Shown: piece after piece, positions 59,609 through 64,000 of the stretch
Layout: every line of letters starts with the position of its first letter
Position numbering within the stretch: the stretch's first letter is position 1
Assembly (NCBI GenBank): GCA_965112155.1
Contig: OZ218104.1
DNA length: 64,000 nucleotides
DNA from: Podarcis liolepis
Taxonomy: Eukaryota
Reading direction: 5' to 3' (one strand)
Translations under genes and position numbers: made by a program
The notes under the pieces: generated by a model
What the model saw: only the letters and a program-made list of their open reading frames with translations
Databases searched by the model: none
What the model was told of the DNA's origin: nothing

Positions 59609-62600
59609 CTGTGGGGCGGCAGGGCTAGTCAGTGGAAGCTACGTTTTCCCCATCCCTGGGATCTCTGGGGGGCAGCCAACAAGACGGCCGCTGCAGTGTA
59701 GTTGTTAGAGAGTTTGACTACAAGGACCTGGGAGACCAGGGTTCAAATCTCCACTGGGCCAGCTGGGTGCGACCTTGAGCCAGCCACTGCCTCTCAGCCT
59801 AACCTCCCTCACAGGGTTATTGTGGGGGTTAAAGGAGGAGGAGGAGGAGCAGAATAATGTGTATACCACCTTGAGGTGCTTGGAGAAAAGCCTAGGATAT
59901 ATATGCAATAACCAACTGGGATAGCTCAGCTGGAAGAACACAAGACTCAATGTCAGCGTTGTGAGTCTGAGCCCCATGCCAGGCAAAAGATTCCTGCGTT
60001 GCAGGGGGTTGGACTAGATGATCCTTGCGTCCCCTTCCAGTTCTATGATTCTATGAAATAATTAATCCTGGATTCCCGGCTGCAAGAACGTTGCCCTTCC
60101 TCCCATCAACACAGCTCAGCCTTAGTGCACCTATCTGCTGCAGTGCCTCGCCGTCTGTGTGTGTTGCACTCTGGAAGTGCTCTCCTAATATCACAGCGTG
60201 CAAAAGTGTATTAGGGGGTGTCCCTGGGTCTTTGGTACTCATCTCAACCCTGAAACTCTTGAACCCATCTCCTTCCTTTTTTTTCAACTTCTAGACCTCG
60301 CCTATCCACCGTCTTAGTTCTCTCAGGGTCCTAAAAGTGCACCTGCTCCTACAAAAAGGCGGCAAACAGGTGGCCCGTTTAAAACAAGAAAGCAGACTCT
60401 CTCTATATATAAGATTAAAACATTCTAAAGACAGTTACAAGCATCTAATTTAGAAATAAATTGAAAAGCAAATAAAAACGCATCTGAAGCACATTATCTC
60501 CCTGAGGCCTGTAGGTTTTTTTTAGGTCTGCTGGACATTGTATCTTTGTGAAGGGGTGAACTATTTCCCGAGGGAAAGAATGTGCTTTAAAGGTATACCG
60601 GGTACAAAACTCTCCCTTTTTTTTTGCCACTGCCATCACCCCCCCCCCCCAGGCTAGCATGAGCAAACCCTCTGTGGCTCCAGCACATTTCCATGTTTCT
60701 CCATCCCTCCGAGTGCTTTGCAAGAGAGCTTCCTGCTTCTGGTCACGGGCCGCTTGGCCATGCCTTCCTCCTAGAGGATGCAGGTGAGGCCCCAAACCGC
60801 AAAAGCTCAGGAACATCATGCAAGGCTTGGGCTTCGGGATTAGGAAGCCATGTGACCTCAGAGGCGTTGGCCCTGTGGGGAGACAGCAAGGGGGCAGAGC
60901 CAGCCTGAAGCCATGGAGGCCATGGGTTTAAAGAGGCAGGAAGCAGGAGAGTTGAATCGCCTCTGCCCGCCTGCTTCTGACTCTGGTGCTGGCCTGGCCT
61001 TGCTCTGCCTGCTGACAATTCACTCACCGCTTCTGTTCAGGAAGGTTCCTGGAGAGCAGCCCACGCAGTGGAAACAGCACTGGTGCATGCCCTGCTGCAC
61101 CTTCTGCTCCCCCGTGCCGCATTCCTTGGAGCACACGGAGTCAGGGACCTGGGCGGGAGGAGGAGCGTTGGTGTCAAGGGGTGTAGGTAGACCCAAAGTG
61201 CCCCCATGAGCCAATGCTACAACCCCCCTGTAGTAGAATGGGTTGCTCGCTCCCATTTTTCCCTGGCAAGGGGAATTCCAGGCAGACCAACGTCATGGGT
61301 GGTGGCTAGATCTCAACAGTAAGAATCTTCCCTGGGTGTATGAGCCTCCCGCTCCTCCGTGTGTGCCTCCTTACCTGATTATCCTCTGTGTGCCACAGGA
61401 GCCTGTCCTTGTGGATGCTCAGGCGGTCCGGGTTCCTGTCAAAGGAGCCCACCACGGTGTAGTTCCACTCCTGCCCAGCCCATGTCCACAAGACCAGGTC
61501 GTAGCCAACCAAGGGGTCCCCATTGGTGTCAAAATAAATCTGTCTGTGGTTCAGGCTGAAGTTCACCCGCTTCACTTCCTTCAGGAGCTGCAGCAGAGAG
61601 ACAGACAGAAAGACTAATCCAGCCAACCCTAACCTGATATCCTTCAGATGTTCTGGACTACAACTCATGTCAGCCCCAGTACATCTCATCTGGTGAAGCG
61701 TTCTGGAAGACTCTAGAGCTTGTCACGTTCTTGTGGGTTGGTCCAAAGGTTTTGCCAAACTGTGGGCTTGGAGGTATTTTCCAGAGTTTCTCTGGGGAGA
61801 AGGAATTAACTGCTAAACTAGTTTTAAGTCTTCAGTGTGGAAACGCCCCATGTTTAAAATTGAATGCACGAGGCCTTGTTTTGCTGGAAGATCCCCAAGC
61901 GGGCTGAATCAAACGGTCCCATTCCCTGGATGAACTCCCCTTCCATTTTTTGACCCTGAAAACTCCCCATGGATTCTGCAAATCTCCACACCCCAAACCC
62001 GAACTCTTTAATTAGGCAGGGTTTGTGAGCGGGAAAAGGGAGGGGAAAGGGCAAGAGATCCAGGGCCCAGTGCAAGCGACTTGGGGGCTGCTGTCTCCTG
62101 GGTCACCCTCTAACAAGATGAATCATAGAGTTGGAAGGGACTCTTCATCTAGTCCAACCCGCTGCAATGAAGGAATCTTTTGCCCAACATGGGGCTCAAA
62201 CCCATGCCCACGAGACTAAGAGTCTCATACTCTACCAAGTAATCTATCCCAGCTCACATACCCCCAATGCCCATCAGAGCATGCTCAGCTGGAGAGATGG
62301 TGTGGCACAGGTGCTAAGAGTATATCTCAGCTGTTATTCTGTTTTCTTCGGCATCCTGGAATCCCAGGAAAACACAGAGCAGGGATAAGCACCGTGGCAC
62401 CCTACAGATGTTGCAGCCTCCATGTTCCATGAATCCTGCTGGCTGGGACTGATGAGAGCTGGAGTTGAGCAATATCTGTAAAGCCACAGGTTAGCCACCC
62501 CTGGCTGGCACCTGCTTTTTCCATGGAGAGACCCCACTCTTACCGCAGCAGGAATGCCACTTGGCACTGTCCCTGCCGGATAAATGCCCAGAGACAGAGA

Positions 62601-63373
62601 GAGATGGGGAGGTTTACCTGCCACGGATAGACGGTGCCCTTTCGGCACACACCAGTTTGGCAGCCCAGCAGACGGTGGAGGGCATGCGCCATGACATACA
62701 CCGCTGAGTACACACTAAACGCTCCTTGTGTGTCGTAGGGCGATGGCTCCTGCCTGTCGGGCAGCTTGCGGAACCGGGAGAATCGCTGGCCGCACCTTTC
62801 CTTGCAATTCTGACACGAGCCAGTGTCGCCCCTGTGGGCACCAGCTTCCTCTGATGCGGCAAAAGCTGCTTCAAACGCCTTCATCCCCGACAGGTGTGCC
62901 TGGTGGATGGTTACCCCGAGGACTGTGCCGATGCCCTGAACGCCGGGGATCTTCCAGATTTCCGTGGCCAAGGACCAGTCTTCCGTGCCCAGCCACACCT
63001 TCCCAGTCACGTTCTGCCGGACGGCCTCCCGGAGGAACAGGAGGGCGCTGCGCTTGTTGGCGAAGACGGTCACCACGTTGGCGGCAGAGGCCACCACATC
63101 CAAGATCATGCGGGCCACCTCTGCGCTGCTGGCGGGAATGACGCCCTGGTAGGCGAAGCAGATGCCCTCCTGGGGGGCCGCTTCGTGCAGCATCTGCAGG
63201 CCCTGGATCCCGTAGTTGTTGTTGCTGCCCACCACCGCGACCCAGGTCCACCCGAAAGTCTTGAGCAGGCGCACCATGGCGTCCACCTGCAGCTGGTCAC
63301 TGGGGATGGTGCGTAGGAAGGAAGGGAAGACTCTCTTGTTGCTGAGCATCTTACTGGAGGCTTCGTAGCTGAC
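58674..63373 (-). CDS. TAS1R1: Taste receptor type 1 member 1 (umami receptor subunit, class C GPCR), partial gene: exons 3-6
   Basis: Exons of 756+213+121+935 nt are open. Venus-flytrap motif FPSFLRTIPSD, cysteine-rich domain, 7TM with GKDLPNSYNEAKCITFS, and C-terminus HFQMSIQSYTKR resembling human TAS1R1 HFQASIQDYTRR. Adjacent to ZBTB48 as in human. Confidence 0.92.
59695..59910 (+). mobile_element. Degenerate Squam3/MIR-like SINE
   Basis: B-box GGTTCAAATCTCC, core GACCTTGAGCCAGCCACT, CCTCACAGGGTTATTGTG. Confidence 0.55.
59915..60056 (+). mobile_element. tRNA-Lys-derived SINE with CR1-like tail
   Basis: CTGGGATAGCTCAG head and ...TTGGACTAGATGATCC...CTATGATTCTATGA tail; related copies at about 40632-40780 (-) and 62118-62253 (-). 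Confidence 0.65.
61028..61148 (-). CDS. TAS1R1: TAS1R1 exon 5 (121 bp)
   Basis: gcccag|VPDSVCSKEC...CCFHCVGCSPGTFLNRS G|gtgagt. Confidence 0.93.
61375..61587 (-). CDS. TAS1R1: TAS1R1 exon 4 (213 bp)
   Basis: ctgcag|LLKEVKRVNF...LWHTEDNQ|gtaagg. Confidence 0.92.
62618..63373 (-). CDS. TAS1R1: TAS1R1 exon 3 (756 bp)
   Basis: tcccag|VSYEASS...GTVYPWQ|gtaaac. Confidence 0.93.
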
Positions 63374-64000
63374 CTGGGAAGAGAGAGGGCAAGGCAGGAA
63401 GGAGGCAACTGCTCTTGACATACATCGGGTCCTCCAGATGTTGCTGAAGTTTAACTCCCAACAGCAATCCCTTCTCTGTTCCCAGCATGGCCAGAGATGA
63501 TGGGAGCAACAGCTGCAGGGCCACAGACATCCCCTCACCCCTGATGCAGCTGGATGGGGAGATGGAAACAGTTCTGTGAGTTGGAATGGACCCCCAAGGC
63601 TCATCCTAGTCCAACCCCCTGCAAACCAGGAACAGCAGCTAAAGACTCCCTTGACAATTGGCCATCCACCTTCTGTTTTAAAACCTACAAGGAAGGAGAG
63701 TCTGCCACCTTCTGAGGGAGTCTGTTCCTTCGTCAAACAACTCTCATCCTCGGAAAGTTCTACCTAATTTTCAGCTGGCACCTCCTTCCTTGTCATTTGA
63801 ATCCCTGAGTTCCGGTCCTGCCCTCTGGAGCAGCAGAAAACAAGCTTGCTCCAGCTCCATCACTGATGGAAACAGAACCACCAGTGGGACGTGTGTCTCC
63901 TAGCTAGCAGCCACCAGTCATACAGGGCTCCTCAGACGTCTTTTATTGTCAGTCCGTGGCTCCCTCTGCTTCAATTCACCGCCCTTGTCCTCCCCAACAT

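Noticed and set aside
58381-59708. 327-aa antisense and 221-aa alternate-frame ORFs over TAS1R1 exon 6
   Set aside because: Expected by-product of high GC at third codon positions.
62540-63736. 398-aa ORF as a single-exon gene
   Set aside because: It is TAS1R1 exon 3 with read-through into flanking introns and repeats.

Overview
Vertebrate genomic DNA from a squamate, probably a lacertid lizard (inferred from Sauria SINE and Squam3-like repeats). It is orthologous to the human 1p36.31 block. Five spliced protein-coding genes can be rebuilt exon by exon with consistent phases: DNAJC11 (+, exons 5-16, 5' part outside the window), PHF13 (-, complete, 292 aa), KLHL21 (+, complete, 600 aa), ZBTB48/TZAP (+, complete, 700 aa, with a non-coding first exon and one GC-AG intron) and TAS1R1 (-, exons 3-6, 5' part outside). 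Introns and intergenic DNA hold 5'-truncated L1-like LINEs with TSDs, Sauria and Squam3-like SINEs, tRNA-head/CR1-tail SINEs, TA-flanked Tc1/mariner MITEs and hAT-type MITEs. I found no convincing new multi-gene system. The best leads are: ZBTB48 inverted relative to the human arrangement; no recognisable THAP3; TAS1R1 pocket substitutions (E170/D302/A306/E308 equivalents) predicting weak glutamate response and no IMP synergy; a palindromic two-way poly(A) signal; a uORF and a weak GC-AG intron in ZBTB48; and a candidate alternative last exon of DNAJC11. Human comparisons and exon numbering are from memory and need database confirmation.
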